64,000 nucleotides of DNA from Acidobacteriota bacterium (GCA_020851835.1 JADZBZ010000167.1:13128-77127); one strand, 5' to 3'; positions 24,633 to 35,179 are shown, numbered from the stretch's first letter. Numbers and translations are program-made. Notes: generated by a model from the letters alone, not told the origin.

Positions 24633-25613
24633 ATGCAGCTAGGGATGATCGGACTCGGCCGGATGGGCGGCAACATGGTGCGCCGCCTGATGCAGGGCGG
24701 CCACGCACTCGTCGTGCACGACCTCAATGCGGGCGCCGTGACCGCCCTGGTGGGTGAGGGCGCGACGGGCGTTGCGTCGCTCGACGATTTCGTCCACGCC
24801 CTCGCGCGACCTCGAATCGCCTGGATCATGGTGCCCGCCGGCGAGGCGACCGACGCGATGGTCGGCGCGCTGGCCGATCGGTTCGAGGCTGACGACGTCA
24901 TCGTTGACGGCGGCAATTCCCACTACAAGGACGACGTGCGCCGGGCGGGACACCTCGCCCAGCGTGGCATCCACTACGTCGACGTCGGCACGAGCGGCGG
25001 GGTCTGGGGGCTCGCGCGCGGCTACTCGCTCATGATCGGCGGCTCGGCGGGCATCGTGGGGCGTCTGGACCCGATCTTCCGCACGCTGGCCCCGGGCGAT
25101 GATGGCGTGGCCGAGGTGGGCCTGAAGAGCGGCACCGCGCGGAACGGGTACCTGCACTGCGGGCCCGCCGGCGCCGGGCACTTCGTCAAGATGGTGCACA
25201 ACGGGATCGAGTATGGCCTCATGCAGGCCTACGCGGAGGGCCTGGGTCTGCTCCGCGGCGCCGCCGCCCTGCCGCTGCCAGGCGGGTACCGCTATGAGTT
25301 CGCGCTCGAGCAGATCGCCGAGGTGTGGCGGCACGGAAGCGTGATCGGATCCTGGCTGCTCGACCTGACCGCCGCGGCGCTCGCCGAGGATCCCGGTCTG
25401 TCCGGCTACACTGGCGACGTCCAGGATTCCGGAGAGGGGCGCTGGACCATCGAAGCCGCGCTGGAAGAAGGGGTACCGGTGGACGTCCTCGCCACGTCGC
25501 TGTTCGCGCGTTTCCGCTCCCGCCAGGACCACACGTTCGCCGACAAGGTACTGTCGGCGATGCGCTTCAAGTTCGGCGGCCACGTGGAGCCCGCCGGGAG
25601 CAAACGGCCATGA
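24633..25613 (+). CDS. gnd: 6-phosphogluconate dehydrogenase, decarboxylating (short form)
   Basis: [44 protein letters not shown]. Confidence 0.9.
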   Translation: MQLGMIGLGRMGGNMVRRLMQGGHALVVHDLNAGAVTALVGEGATGVASLDDFVHALARPRIAWIMVPAGEATDAMVGALADRFEADDVIVDGGNSHYKDDVRRAGHLAQRGIHYVDVGTSGGVWGLARGYSLMIGGSAGIVGRLDPIFRTLAPGDDGVAEVGLKSGTARNGYLHCGPAGAGHFVKMVHNGIEYGLMQAYAEGLGLLRGAAALPLPGGYRYEFALEQIAEVWRHGSVIGSWLLDLTAAALAEDPGLSGYTGDVQDSGEGRWTIEAALEEGVPVDVLATSLFARFRSRQDHTFADKVLSAMRFKFGGHVEPAGSKRP

Positions 25614-27142
25614 CGCCGAAGACGCCCGCACCGTGCATGGTCGTGATTTTCGGCGCGACCGGGGATCTGGCCAAGCGAAAGCTCTTGCCCGCCCTTTACA
25701 ACCTCGCGAACCGCCAGCGGCTGCCGGAGGAGTTCACCGTCGTTGGCGCCGGCCGGGAACCGATCACGCACGACGCCTACCGCGAGAAGGTTCGTCGCGA
25801 CCTCGCCGAGTTCGGGCCGCCCGTGGCCGACCCCGCGCTCGCCGCGTGGTTCCATGCGCGCGTGTTCTCCGCGTTCGAAACGCCGGACGACCTCGAGACC
25901 TACGCATCGCTGGCCCGCCGGCTGAACCCATCCGACGCTGGATCGGCGGCAGCCAACGTCGTCTTCTATCTTGCCGTGCCCCCGAGCGCGGTGGCGGACA
26001 TCGTCGGCCGTCTCGGCGACCTCGGTCTGCTCGAGGAGCATGAGGGTGCCTGGCGGCGAGTGATCGTGGAGAAGCCATTCGGCTACGATCTGGCGTCGGC
26101 CCGCGCCCTCAACCAGCGGCTGCTCGCGCACCTCGCCGAGCGACAGATTTACCGCATCGATCACTACCTCGGCAAGGAGACGGTCCAAAACCTGATGGCC
26201 TTCCGGTTCGCGAACGGCATCTTCGAACCGGTCTGGAACCGGCGCTACATCGATCACGTGCAAATCACGGTCGCCGAAACGGTCGGCGTGGAAGATCGTG
26301 GGGGCTACTACGACCGGGCCGGGGCGTTGCGGGACATGGTGCAGAACCATCTGTTCCAACTCCTGGCGCTGACGGCGATGGAGCCGCCGAATTCATTCCA
26401 GGCCGACGCGGTGCGCGACGAGCGTGTGAAAGTGCTGAACGCCATTCATCTGTGCACGCCCGAGGAAGTGATGATGAGCGTGGTGCGAGGTCAGTACGCG
26501 GCCGGCGACGGCCTGCCCGGCTACCGCCAGGAGCGGGATGTCGCGCGAGATTCCACGACGGAGACCTTCATCGCACTGAAACTGCTCGTCGAGAACTGGC
26601 GGTGGGCGGACGTGCCGTTCTATCTGCGGACCGGCAAGCGGCTGCCGGCGCGCGTCTCAGAGGTGTCCGTGCAATTCCGTGGCGCACCGCTGCGGCTCTT
26701 TCGCGGACAGGCCGTCGGCGATGTCGAGCCCAACGTGCTCGTGATGCGCATCCAGCCCGACGAAGGCATCGCGCTGCGCCTGCAGGCGAAGGTTCCAGGT
26801 GAGCAGTTCCGCCTCGGCGCCGTGGACATGGACTTCGACTACGCCGACTACTTCGAGAGCCGGCCGAACACCGGGTACGAGACGCTCCTTCACGACTGCC
26901 TGATGGGCGACCAGACGCTGTTCCATCGCGCCGACATGGTCGAGGCCGGATGGACCGTGGTGGCGCCGATCCTCGACATCCTCCAGGCGGCGCCATCGGC
27001 GCTCCTGCACCCGTACCCCGCGCATGCGTGGGGCCCCGCCGCGGCCGACCGGCTCCTGGCGAACGATGGCCGGCAGTGGCGGACGGTCGCCCACCACTCG
27101 TCGCGTGGCCGCCACGATCGGTCCGCTTCGCAGGGCGTGTGA
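25610..27142 (+). CDS. zwf: glucose-6-phosphate dehydrogenase
   Basis: [35 protein letters not shown] motifs. ATGA overlap with gnd. The longer track ORF (25325) is an artefact. Confidence 0.95.
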   Translation: MTPKTPAPCMVVIFGATGDLAKRKLLPALYNLANRQRLPEEFTVVGAGREPITHDAYREKVRRDLAEFGPPVADPALAAWFHARVFSAFETPDDLETYASLARRLNPSDAGSAAANVVFYLAVPPSAVADIVGRLGDLGLLEEHEGAWRRVIVEKPFGYDLASARALNQRLLAHLAERQIYRIDHYLGKETVQNLMAFRFANGIFEPVWNRRYIDHVQITVAETVGVEDRGGYYDRAGALRDMVQNHLFQLLALTAMEPPNSFQADAVRDERVKVLNAIHLCTPEEVMMSVVRGQYAAGDGLPGYRQERDVARDSTTETFIALKLLVENWRWADVPFYLRTGKRLPARVSEVSVQFRGAPLRLFRGQAVGDVEPNVLVMRIQPDEGIALRLQAKVPGEQFRLGAVDMDFDYADYFESRPNTGYETLLHDCLMGDQTLFHRADMVEAGWTVVAPILDILQAAPSALLHPYPAHAWGPAAADRLLANDGRQWRTVAHHSSRGRHDRSASQGV

Positions 27143-27197
27143 ATCGCACCGCTTGACGACGGTCAACACGCCTGTCCTTTGTGAACCATCCACGCGT

Positions 27198-27226
27198 GTA
27201 ACGGTTCGCGCTCGCCACGGACTAGC
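27198..27226 (+). promoter_or_regulatory. ECF-type promoter candidate, variant: GTAACG-N16-GACTAGC
   Basis: Read directly: gtGTAACGgttcgcgctcgccacgGACTAGC, about 95 nt upstream of the DUF302 gene. Confidence 0.4.
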
Positions 27227-27319
27227 CATCAGAAGCGCGGGATGCTTCGCTCGCTCGGGAAATGGGTTCCCGTGGCGCGCGGTCCAGCGCTTCGCCAGTT
27301 ATCACAGGAGAACCGAAAC

Positions 27320-27796
27320 ATGTCGATCAAGACCCTCGTCGCTGCGTGTGCTGCCGTCCTCATGATCACCGCGTCCTCGTCCGCGCTCCGCGCGGCGGAC
27401 GATACCTTCGACGGAAAGCGCGTGACCGTCGCGTCCGCCAAGTCCTACGAACAGGTCGTGGATGCCGTGAAATCGCTCGTGGCGAAGAACGGCATGATGG
27501 TGATGGCGGAGGTCGACCAGGGCAAGATGCTGTCCATGACGGGGCTCAGCCTCAAGGCGACGCTCCTGCTCGTCGGCAGTCCCACCGTGGGCAAGCAGAT
27601 CTTCGAGCAGAACCACGCAGTCGGCCTGTACGTCCCGCTCCGGGTGTTCGTCTACGCGGATGCCAACGGCAAGGCCTTCGTGGAGTACGACCTGCCGTCC
27701 GCGGTCCTGGCGCAGTTCAAGAACGGGCAAATTGACATGGTGGCGAAGATGCTCGACGAGAAGCTCGCCGGCCTCGCCACCATGGCGGCCAAGTAG
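27320..27796 (+). CDS. DUF302 domain protein with signal peptide
   Basis: ATG 27320 after AGGAGAA. Signal LVAACAAVLMITASSSALRA and DUF302 core (MVMAEVDQGKML...LLLVGSPTVGKQI...YVPLRVFVY). Confidence 0.75.
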   Translation: MSIKTLVAACAAVLMITASSSALRAADDTFDGKRVTVASAKSYEQVVDAVKSLVAKNGMMVMAEVDQGKMLSMTGLSLKATLLLVGSPTVGKQIFEQNHAVGLYVPLRVFVYADANGKAFVEYDLPSAVLAQFKNGQIDMVAKMLDEKLAGLATMAAK

Positions 27797-27853
27797 AGGA
27801 CCTCCCAACGGGAGGCGACGCGTCCTCCCCGTCTTTCGATTCTGGAGTTCCTC

Positions 27854-28492
27854 ATGCCTGACGCCAAAGGAAGACTCATCGTGATTCGCCTCCTGTTCCT
27901 GGCGTTTGCGTCGGCGGCACCGGTGGCGTTTCCTTTGTCTCAGATGGGTTACGGCACACTGAACGAACTCGCCTGGCGTCTGATTTTGCCGGGTGCCGCG
28001 GCCCTCGCCGTCGGCGTCATCGTCCTCCAGCGTCGTGGCCGGGCGCTCGCGGCGGCCCTGCTCCGTGGCGCCGGGGCGGGAGCGCTGGCGACGCTGGCGC
28101 TGGAGGCCGTGCGGTACCCGGGATTCCGCCTGGGCTTCATGCCAGGAAATCTTCCGCAACTGATGGGGGTTCTGCTCCTCGACCGGTTTGCGCGCGGTCC
28201 ATCAGGCTGGTCCGACGTCACGGGCTTTGCCTATCATTTCTGGATGGGCGCCAGCTTCGGCGTGATCTTCGTGCTGCTGGCGATGGGCCGGTCTCGATGG
28301 TGGGCCGTGCCGTACGGGCTCGCCGTCGGTCTCGGATTCCTCGTCAGTCCTGTCGTGCAGGCGCTGGGCGTCGGCATCTTCGGCCGCGACTTCGGCTGGC
28401 ACTTTGCGGCGACGGTGCTGACGGCGCACTTGGCGTTTGGCGCCGCCTTGGCCCTGCTGCTGCCACGAACCCCCGTGGCGGAACGCCCGTGA
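27854..28492 (+). CDS. polytopic membrane protein, unassigned
   Basis: Five to six hydrophobic segments with good codon bias. The stop overlaps the GTG start of the next gene. Confidence 0.55.
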   Translation: MPDAKGRLIVIRLLFLAFASAAPVAFPLSQMGYGTLNELAWRLILPGAAALAVGVIVLQRRGRALAAALLRGAGAGALATLALEAVRYPGFRLGFMPGNLPQLMGVLLLDRFARGPSGWSDVTGFAYHFWMGASFGVIFVLLAMGRSRWWAVPYGLAVGLGFLVSPVVQALGVGIFGRDFGWHFAATVLTAHLAFGAALALLLPRTPVAERP

Positions 28493-29229
28493 GCGGACCC
28501 GACGCTCGATTCCTGACCGATGACGGCACGCGCGTGCCCGCCGTGACCTCGGACCAGATGCGCGAGATCGATCGCCTGGCGGTCGACACGACCGGCCCGA
28601 ACCTGTTTCAGATGATGGAGAACGCCGGCCGGTCGCTCGCCCTCCAGGCGATCGACCTCCTCGGCGCGGAGTGGCGTGGGGCGGGTGTCGTCGTGCTGGC
28701 CGGCGCTGGAGGCAACGGCGGCGGCGGCGTCTGTGCCGCGCGCCATCTCGCCAACCACGGCGTGGCCGTGCGCCTCGTGCTCGCCGATCCGGATCGACTG
28801 ACCGGCGTGGCGGCCCAACAGCGACGCGTCTTCGCGTCGACGCCTGGCCGGGAGGTACGGGCGGACGCGCTGGCTGGTGGTGGCCGGCCGGACGTCGTGA
28901 TCGACGCGCTCGTCGGCTACGGCCTCCGCGAGGCTCCACGTGGCGCGACCGCGGATCTGATCGACTGGGCGAACGCGAGCGGTGCGCCGATCCTCGCCCT
29001 CGATGTGCCGTCGGGTCTGGACGCGACGACGGGCGAGGCGCCGGGATTGGCCGTCGCGGCGCGAATGACGCTGACCCTGGCCCTTCCCAAAACCGGATGT
29101 GTGTCACCAGAAGTGGGCGAGCTCTGGCTGGCCGACCTTGGCATTCCCGTTAGCGTCTACAACGCCGCCGGCATTCCGTACGTCGATCCGTTCGGGGCGC
29201 GGTATCGCGTCCGCCTGCAGGTGCGGTGA
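28489..29229 (+). CDS. nnrE: NAD(P)H-hydrate epimerase (YjeF N-terminal domain only)
   Basis: VVVLAGAGGNGGGGVCAARHLANHG...DALVGYGL...LDVPSGLD motifs. GTG start at 28489. Confidence 0.75.
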   Translation: MSGPDARFLTDDGTRVPAVTSDQMREIDRLAVDTTGPNLFQMMENAGRSLALQAIDLLGAEWRGAGVVVLAGAGGNGGGGVCAARHLANHGVAVRLVLADPDRLTGVAAQQRRVFASTPGREVRADALAGGGRPDVVIDALVGYGLREAPRGATADLIDWANASGAPILALDVPSGLDATTGEAPGLAVAARMTLTLALPKTGCVSPEVGELWLADLGIPVSVYNAAGIPYVDPFGARYRVRLQVR

Positions 29230-29245
29230 CGAGGGGCCGCGGCTG

Positions 29246-31129
29246 ATGACGTCCGACGTCCCGCGCACGGCCCACCAGCAGGCGATCGGCGACTATGCCG
29301 TCATCGGCAATTGCCGGACCGCCGCGCTCGTCGGGCTGGACGGATCGATCGACTGGCTGTGCGTGCCTCGCTTCGACAGCCCGTCCATCTTCGGCGCGCT
29401 TCTCGATGCTTCCCGTGGCGGGCGCTGTCTCGTGCGCGTCGCCGGTACGAACGCCTCCACACGGCGCTATCTCGCGAACACCAATGTGCTCGAGACGACC
29501 TTCGTCTCCCAAAGCGGAACCGTGCGGCTGACGGATCTGATGCCGGTGACCGATGAAACACACCAGCGCACCCGGCTGGCGCCTGACGGCGAGCTGCTGC
29601 GCACGATCGAGTGCATCGCCGGCGACGTCGATGTCGACGTGCTGTGTGAGCCGCGGCCCGATTACGGGCGCTCCGCCGTCCGGATCGACGATCGTGGTCC
29701 GCTCGGGTTCGTCGCCGAAGCGCAGGGGCAACTCGTCGTCATCCGAGCGGACGCTCCGCTGACGCGTGACGCCGACGGCCGTGGGCTGCGGGGGCGGCTG
29801 CGATTGCGCCAAGGCGAGCGACGGTATGTTTCCCTGTCATGGACCGCCGCGCACCCGGCGGTGCTGCCCGTGCTCGGCGCGGAAGCGGCCGCGAGGGTCG
29901 CCGAGTCGGTGGCCTGGTGGCGGCACTGGGCCGATCGCTGCCGATACGAGGGGCCGTATCGATCCGAAGTCGTGCGGAGCGCGCTCGCACTCAAGCTCAT
30001 GTCGTACGCGCCGTCAGGGGCCATCGTCGCCGCGCCCACGACGTCCCTGCCGGAACAGATTGGCGGGCCTCGCAACTGGGACTACCGGTATTGCTGGTTG
30101 CGCGATGCCTCGATGACGCTGCGGGGCCTGTCGGGGCTTGGGTATGCGGACGAGGGCTGCGCGTTTCTGTCCTGGCTGCTGCACGCGACGCGGCTCACAT
30201 GGCCCGAGCTGCAGATTCTCTACGACGTCTTTGGGGAAACGCACCTTCCCGAGCTGGAGTTGGATCATCTCGACGGTTACGCCGCCTCTCGGCCGGTACG
30301 TATCGGCAACGACGCCACCGGACAATTGCAGCTCGACGTGTACGGGGAAGTGCTCGACGCCGTGTGGCGATTCGTCAGGATGGGCGGCCGGCTCGACCGC
30401 GCGACCGCGCGGATGCTCGTCGGCCTCGGCGGAACCGTAGTGCGTCGCTGGCGGGAGCCCGACGAAGGGATTTGGGAAATTCGCTCCGGCCGCCGGCATC
30501 ATACGTTCTCGAAAGCCATGTGCTGGGTGGCGCTCGACCGGCTGCTCGCCCTCCACGCCGGCGGTCACGTCCGGGGGGCCGTCGGACATTTCGAGCGCGA
30601 GCGCGAAGCGATTCGTGCCGAAATCGAAACACGCGGGTACAACGCGGCACTCGACAGCTACGTCGCCACCTTTGACGGCGGCGACGTCGACGCCAGCCTG
30701 TTGCTCCTCGGGTTGTACCGTTACGCGGACCCGCAGTCCGCTCGCATGCGGAGCACGTTCTCGCGCGTTCACGAGCGGCTTGGGCGGAACGCCATGATGT
30801 ACCGGTACCTCGATACCGACGATGGGCTGCCGCCTGGGGAGGGAGCCTTCGGCATCGCCGGTTTCTGGGCCGTGGAGTGCCGGGCGCTTGGTGGCGACGT
30901 CGCCGGGGCCCGGCGCGATTTCGAGGCCCTGTGCGGCCGGGCGAACGACGTGGGCCTCTTCGCCGAGGAATACGATCCGGACACTGGCGCCGCCCTCGGC
31001 AACTTTCCACAGGCCTTCACGCATGTCGGCCTGATCAACGCGGCGCTCACACTTGCGGCCTGTGAGCCAGGCCGGGAAGCGGCCGCCGGCTCCACCCGCC
31101 GGCAACAGATGATCACAGAGACGCTATGA
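29246..31129 (+). CDS. GH15 glycoside hydrolase (glucoamylase/trehalase family)
   Basis: IGDYAVIGNCRTAALVGLDGSIDWLCVPRFDSPSIFGALLD and WDYRYCWLRDAS motifs. Confidence 0.85.
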   Translation: MTSDVPRTAHQQAIGDYAVIGNCRTAALVGLDGSIDWLCVPRFDSPSIFGALLDASRGGRCLVRVAGTNASTRRYLANTNVLETTFVSQSGTVRLTDLMPVTDETHQRTRLAPDGELLRTIECIAGDVDVDVLCEPRPDYGRSAVRIDDRGPLGFVAEAQGQLVVIRADAPLTRDADGRGLRGRLRLRQGERRYVSLSWTAAHPAVLPVLGAEAAARVAESVAWWRHWADRCRYEGPYRSEVVRSALALKLMSYAPSGAIVAAPTTSLPEQIGGPRNWDYRYCWLRDASMTLRGLSGLGYADEGCAFLSWLLHATRLTWPELQILYDVFGETHLPELELDHLDGYAASRPVRIGNDATGQLQLDVYGEVLDAVWRFVRMGGRLDRATARMLVGLGGTVVRRWREPDEGIWEIRSGRRHHTFSKAMCWVALDRLLALHAGGHVRGAVGHFEREREAIRAEIETRGYNAALDSYVATFDGGDVDASLLLLGLYRYADPQSARMRSTFSRVHERLGRNAMMYRYLDTDDGLPPGEGAFGIAGFWAVECRALGGDVAGARRDFEALCGRANDVGLFAEEYDPDTGAALGNFPQAFTHVGLINAALTLAACEPGREAAAGSTRRQQMITETL

Positions 31130-31608
31130 ACATCGGAAGCCTCGCGCTCTGGGGGTTCGTCGCGACGATCGTCCTGACGACGCTGATGGCGGCCAGCCGC
31201 GCCCTCGGCTACTCGCGCATGGGCATGCCGTTCATCCTGGGGACGATGCTGACACCGAACCGGGATCGCGCCATGGCCGTGGGATTCGTCGTGCACGTGA
31301 TAAACGGTTGGTTTCTCGCGGTGCCGTACGCCCTCGCGTTCGAGAGCCTCGGGCGGGCCACGTGGTGGCTGGGTGCCGCCGCGGGGCTGCTGCACGGTCT
31401 ATTCGTCCTGCTGGTGGGCCTGTCGATCGTGCCTGGGCTGCACCCCCGCATGGCGAGCGAGCATCACGGTCCGGAGCCCACGCGACAGCTTCAACCGCCG
31501 GGGTTCCTGGGGCTCCATTACGGTCGAGGCACCCCGCTCGTCACGCTGGCGGCGCACGTCGTGTACGGCGCCATTCTGGGCGGACTGTATCGTCTCGCCG
31601 GGCAATAG
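31126..31608 (+). CDS. small 4-TM membrane protein (paralog of 53688-54131)
   Basis: Shares the pattern H-x2-NG ... G-x-LHG ... H-x2-YG-x2-LGG with the protein at 53688-54131. ATGA overlap with the GH15 gene. Confidence 0.55.
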   Translation: MNIGSLALWGFVATIVLTTLMAASRALGYSRMGMPFILGTMLTPNRDRAMAVGFVVHVINGWFLAVPYALAFESLGRATWWLGAAAGLLHGLFVLLVGLSIVPGLHPRMASEHHGPEPTRQLQPPGFLGLHYGRGTPLVTLAAHVVYGAILGGLYRLAGQ

Positions 31609-31621
31609 TCATGCTGCCCGT

Positions 31622-31650
31622 GTAATGCCCGAGCGGGATCCACCACTCAT
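31622..31650 (+). promoter_or_regulatory. ECF-type promoter candidate, class 1: GTAATG-N16-CACTCAT
   Basis: Read directly: cgTGTAATGcccgagcgggatccacCACTCATat, about 85 nt upstream of the dehalogenase start. Confidence 0.55.
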
Positions 31651-31733
31651 ATCCCAGACGGCCGTCGTGGGGGCAGACCCCGGTCAGCCGCCAGACCGGA
31701 GGCCACGTAGCTGCGGTCCAGGGAGGACACCCC

Positions 31734-32765
31734 TTGCCCTACACGCGCAAAGAATTCCTGCTGACCCTCGGTATGCTTCCTGTGGTTCCGAGTCTGCGAC
31801 CTTCGACGCGGGCCCAGGCGCCAGCGCGTGGCGCGGCCCCAGCGATCTCCGCGGCATTTCCGTATGAGTCCAAGTACGTCGAGGTGCTCGGCTCGCGGCT
31901 GCACTACGTCGACGAAGGGCAGGGGGATCCGATGCTGTTCATTCACGGGAACCCCACGTCGTCCTACTTGTGGCGCAATGTCATTCCGTATGTGACGGGC
32001 GAATCCCGTGCGATCGCTATCGACCTCATCGGAATGGGGAAGTCCGGCAAGCCGGACATCGACTACAAGTACCAGGATCACAAGCGCTATGTCGACGCCT
32101 TCATCGACGCGCTCGGCCTTCGGAACCTGACGTTCGTGATTCACGACTGGGGCACAGTCCTGGGTTTCGATTACGCGCGGCATCATGAGGGCAACGTCGT
32201 CGGGATCGCGTTCATGGAAGCGCTGGTCCCGCCCCGGCTCCCGAATCCCAACGCGCCCGCCCCCAATTCCGTGTTCGGGCGGTTCAGAACGCCTGGCGTC
32301 GGAGAAAAGATGATTCTCGAAGACAACTACTTCGTGGAGACCATGCTCCCCGGTGGCGTGATCCGCACGCTGAGCCAGGAAGAGATGGACTACTATCGCG
32401 CGCCCTACCCGACGCCCGCCTCACGAAAGCCCACGCTGATGTGGCCGAGAGAACTGCCGATGGGCGGCGAGCCCGCGCGCAACGTCGAAGTGGTCACGGC
32501 CGTCGGCGAATGGATGAAGATGACCGAGATTCCCATGCTGCACCTGTGGGGCCGGTCCGGGCCAGGTAATCCCGACGGCATCGCGTCTGAGATGGTCAAG
32601 CGGGTCAGGAACATTCAGTCCACTTTCGTCGGCATGGCGCGCCACTACCTGCAAGAGGACCAGCCGGAGACCATCGGCCGTGCCCTGGCCGACTGGCGTC
32701 GTCGGGTTCGGACGGGCCGGGCGGCGGTAGTCGCGCCCCGGGGGTCGCATGACGCAGCGGTTTGA
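31734..32765 (+). CDS. haloalkane dehalogenase family alpha/beta hydrolase with N-terminal signal-like extension
   Basis: HGNPTSSYLWRNV and VIHDWG (nucleophile Asp) hallmarks. TTG start after GGGAGGA. There is a ~45-aa N-terminal extension (TRKEFLLTLGMLPVV...TRAQA). Confidence 0.8.
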   Translation: MPYTRKEFLLTLGMLPVVPSLRPSTRAQAPARGAAPAISAAFPYESKYVEVLGSRLHYVDEGQGDPMLFIHGNPTSSYLWRNVIPYVTGESRAIAIDLIGMGKSGKPDIDYKYQDHKRYVDAFIDALGLRNLTFVIHDWGTVLGFDYARHHEGNVVGIAFMEALVPPRLPNPNAPAPNSVFGRFRTPGVGEKMILEDNYFVETMLPGGVIRTLSQEEMDYYRAPYPTPASRKPTLMWPRELPMGGEPARNVEVVTAVGEWMKMTEIPMLHLWGRSGPGNPDGIASEMVKRVRNIQSTFVGMARHYLQEDQPETIGRALADWRRRVRTGRAAVVAPRGSHDAAV

Positions 32766-34104
32766 TCTGATCGTCGTCGGTTCTGGCTCGGCGGCGGGGG
32801 CCGTCGCGTCGCGCTGCCGGGCGGCAGGGTGGACCGTGGCCATGATCGACAAACACCCGTTCGGCGGGACATGCGCCCTCCGCGGCTGCGATCCCAAGAA
32901 GGTGCTGGTCGGTGCGGCGGCGGCGATCGACGCCGCGCACGCGCTGTCCGGAAAGGGCGTCCGGCCCGACGGGCTGGCGATCGACTGGACGGCGCTGCTG
33001 CAGTTCAAGCGGACGTTCACGGATCCGGTGCCAGAGGCGCGGCAGGCGAGTCTGGCGCGGGCCGGCATCGAGACGTTTCATGGCGTCGCTCGCTTCGTCG
33101 GGCCCGTCCATCTGGCCATCGACGACGTCCGGCTGGAAGCGACGCGCGCGGTCGTGATTGCGGCCGGGGCCGCGCCTGCCGACCTCGGGTTTCCTGGAAG
33201 CGAGCGTCTTCTGACGAGCGACGGTTTCCTGGAACTGCCGTCATTGGCGTCGTCGATCGCGTTCGTCGGCGGCGGCTATATTTCATTCGAATTCGCGCAC
33301 ATCGCGGCGAGGGCTGGCGCCCGGGTGATCATTCTCCACCGGGGCAGCCGCCCACTCGCGCAGTTCGACGCCGGCCTGGTTGAGCGCCTGGTCCATCGGA
33401 CGCGCGCCCTGGGTATCGATGTCCGCCTCGACGCCGAGGTCCAGGCCGTCGAGGCGGTTGGAGGCTCGTGGCGTGTCTCGATTCGCGGTCCGCGCGGTGC
33501 GGCCATCGTCGAGGTCGACCTGGTCGTGCACGGCGCGGGACGCGTCCCCGACGTTCGTGATCTGCAATTGGACGCCGCGGGCGTGCAATCGTTGCGCGAG
33601 GGCGTCCAGGTCAACGAGTACCTGCAGAGCGTCTCGAATCCCAGGGTGTACGCCGCTGGCGACTGCGCGGCCACCGGCGGCCCCCCATTGACGCCGGTGG
33701 CGGGCTACGAGGGACGCATCGTGGCCGAGAACCTACTCGGCGGGAACCACGTCACACCGGATTACACGGCCATCCCAAGCGTCGTCTTCACGATGCCTCC
33801 GCTGGCTCGAGTCGGTCTGAGCGAAGACGAAGCCCGCGCGGCCGGCCTACGGTTCACGGCGCGCCACGAGGACACCTCGGGTTGGTACTCCTCGCGGCGC
33901 GTCGGAGAAGCGACGTCGGCGTTCAACGTGCTGGTCGAAGAAGGCACGGGGCGACTGCTCGGCGCCCACCTGCTCGGTCCGCACGCCGACGAGACGATCA
34001 ATCTCTTCGCGCTCGCAATGCGTGCCGGCGTGACAGCGGACCGGTTCAAGGAGATGCGCTGGGCGTACCCGACCCACGCGTCTGACACGGCGTACATGGT
34101 GTGA
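32749..34104 (+). CDS. FAD-dependent pyridine nucleotide-disulfide oxidoreductase (glutathione/dihydrolipoamide reductase family)
   Basis: DLIVVGSGSAAGA, redox-active GGTCALRGCDPKK, and C-terminal dimerisation domain with YPTHASD. Confidence 0.8.
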   Translation: MTQRFDLIVVGSGSAAGAVASRCRAAGWTVAMIDKHPFGGTCALRGCDPKKVLVGAAAAIDAAHALSGKGVRPDGLAIDWTALLQFKRTFTDPVPEARQASLARAGIETFHGVARFVGPVHLAIDDVRLEATRAVVIAAGAAPADLGFPGSERLLTSDGFLELPSLASSIAFVGGGYISFEFAHIAARAGARVIILHRGSRPLAQFDAGLVERLVHRTRALGIDVRLDAEVQAVEAVGGSWRVSIRGPRGAAIVEVDLVVHGAGRVPDVRDLQLDAAGVQSLREGVQVNEYLQSVSNPRVYAAGDCAATGGPPLTPVAGYEGRIVAENLLGGNHVTPDYTAIPSVVFTMPPLARVGLSEDEARAAGLRFTARHEDTSGWYSSRRVGEATSAFNVLVEEGTGRLLGAHLLGPHADETINLFALAMRAGVTADRFKEMRWAYPTHASDTAYMV

Positions 34105-34116
34105 AATGCGATGAAA

Positions 34117-34389
34117 CTAACGGTCCTGCCGGCGGCTGCCATCCGGAGCCGTGCGTGCCGCGCGAAAGATCGACCGCGCGTCCTCCTCGGCGTCGGCAGG
34201 CCGCCGAGACGTCCGCCCCGATCGCCCCAGCCGGCGCACCAGCGCCACGGCCTGCCGCATCTGCAGAAGGTAGCGGCTGCAGTGCCGGCACATCAGCAGA
34301 TGGGCCCGTATCGCCAGCCGCTGCCGCCACGAGAGATCGCCATTGATGTAATCCGACGCCAGACGTGCGACGTCCCGACAACGCAGCAT
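34117..34389 (-). CDS. soluble ZAS (zf-HC2) anti-sigma factor 1
   Basis: MLRCRDVARLASDYINGDLSWRQRLAIRAHLLMCRHC has the N-terminal Cys plus H-x3-C-x2-C. 90 aa, no TM segment, directly downstream of ECF sigma 1. Confidence 0.7.
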   Translation of the reverse strand: MLRCRDVARLASDYINGDLSWRQRLAIRAHLLMCRHCSRYLLQMRQAVALVRRLGRSGRTSRRPADAEEDARSIFRAARTAPDGSRRQDR

Positions 34390-34393
34390 GATT

Positions 34394-34999
34394 TCACGAC
34401 TCCAGCCGGGCGGCCAGTGCCGCCCGTAGCTTCGTACGGCCCCGGTGCAGAAGCACCCGCTGATTCGTCTCGCTGATGCCGAGGATATTACAGACCTCAT
34501 CGGCGTCGAGGTCTTCCAGGTCTCGAAGGGACACTACCGTGCGTTGGCTGGACGGGAGGCCGGACAGCGCCTCGTGCACCAGGTCCAGGAGTTCCGTTGA
34601 CAGGAGCAGGCGCTCGGGCGTGACCTTCCATTCTCGGGGCGGCACACGCCACCCGCCGGCCGGGTCGAACGCGTCTCCGTCGGGTGCCGGGTCCCCCTCG
34701 TCGGCCATCGGGACGTAGCGGGCCTCCTTGACGGCCCGGCTCTTCGCCCGGTTGGCCAGGACCCGGAACAGCCAGGTCTTGAACGTGGACCGTCCCTCGA
34801 ACTTCTCGATGCCGCGCAGAAAACCCATCCAGGTGTCCTGCACGACGTCCTCGGCGAGCGCGGCGTCGCGCACGTAATTGCGCGCCAGACGGAGCAGGGA
34901 GCGCTGGTACCGCGCCATGAGGGGGATGAAGGCGTCCTCGTCGCCCGCCAGGACCTGGGCCACGAGCGCTTCGTCTGATTCGATTAGGGACGCGGTCAT
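34394..34999 (-). CDS. ECF (group 4) sigma-70 factor 1
   Basis: Region 2 AEDVVQDTWMGFLRGIEKFEGRSTFKTWLFRVLANRA and region 4 LPSSQRTVVSLRDLEDLDADEVCNILGISETNQRVLLHRGR. The sigma2-sigma4 linker is long. Confidence 0.85.
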   Translation of the reverse strand: MTASLIESDEALVAQVLAGDEDAFIPLMARYQRSLLRLARNYVRDAALAEDVVQDTWMGFLRGIEKFEGRSTFKTWLFRVLANRAKSRAVKEARYVPMADEGDPAPDGDAFDPAGGWRVPPREWKVTPERLLLSTELLDLVHEALSGLPSSQRTVVSLRDLEDLDADEVCNILGISETNQRVLLHRGRTKLRAALAARLES

Positions 35000-35071
35000 G
35001 ACCCGGACTGCCGGTTGCCGCAAGGTCGGAAGAAGGTCGAATCGTCTGTGCGACGAACCGCTCGCATGCAG

Positions 35072-35100
35072 GTGAGTGTCTCGGCAGGCCAAAGGCTTAC
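35072..35100 (-). promoter_or_regulatory. ECF-type promoter candidate, class 1: GTAAGC-N16-CACTCAC
   Basis: Minus-strand reading is ttGTAAGCctttggcctgccgagaCACTCACct, about 75 nt upstream of ECF sigma 1 (autoregulation pattern). Confidence 0.6.
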
Positions 35101-35179
35101 AAAGTGGTCGGCCTTGGCGGCGGCCCGCGCCGCCTCCGGGTGCGCGCCCACGGCGCGCGCACCCGGCCACGCCGGTTCG

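Noticed and set aside
27153-27166. Palindrome TTGACgacgGTCAA downstream of zwf as an operator
   Set aside because: It is short (5-bp arms) and has no cognate regulator nearby. It could equally be chance or part of a weak terminator.
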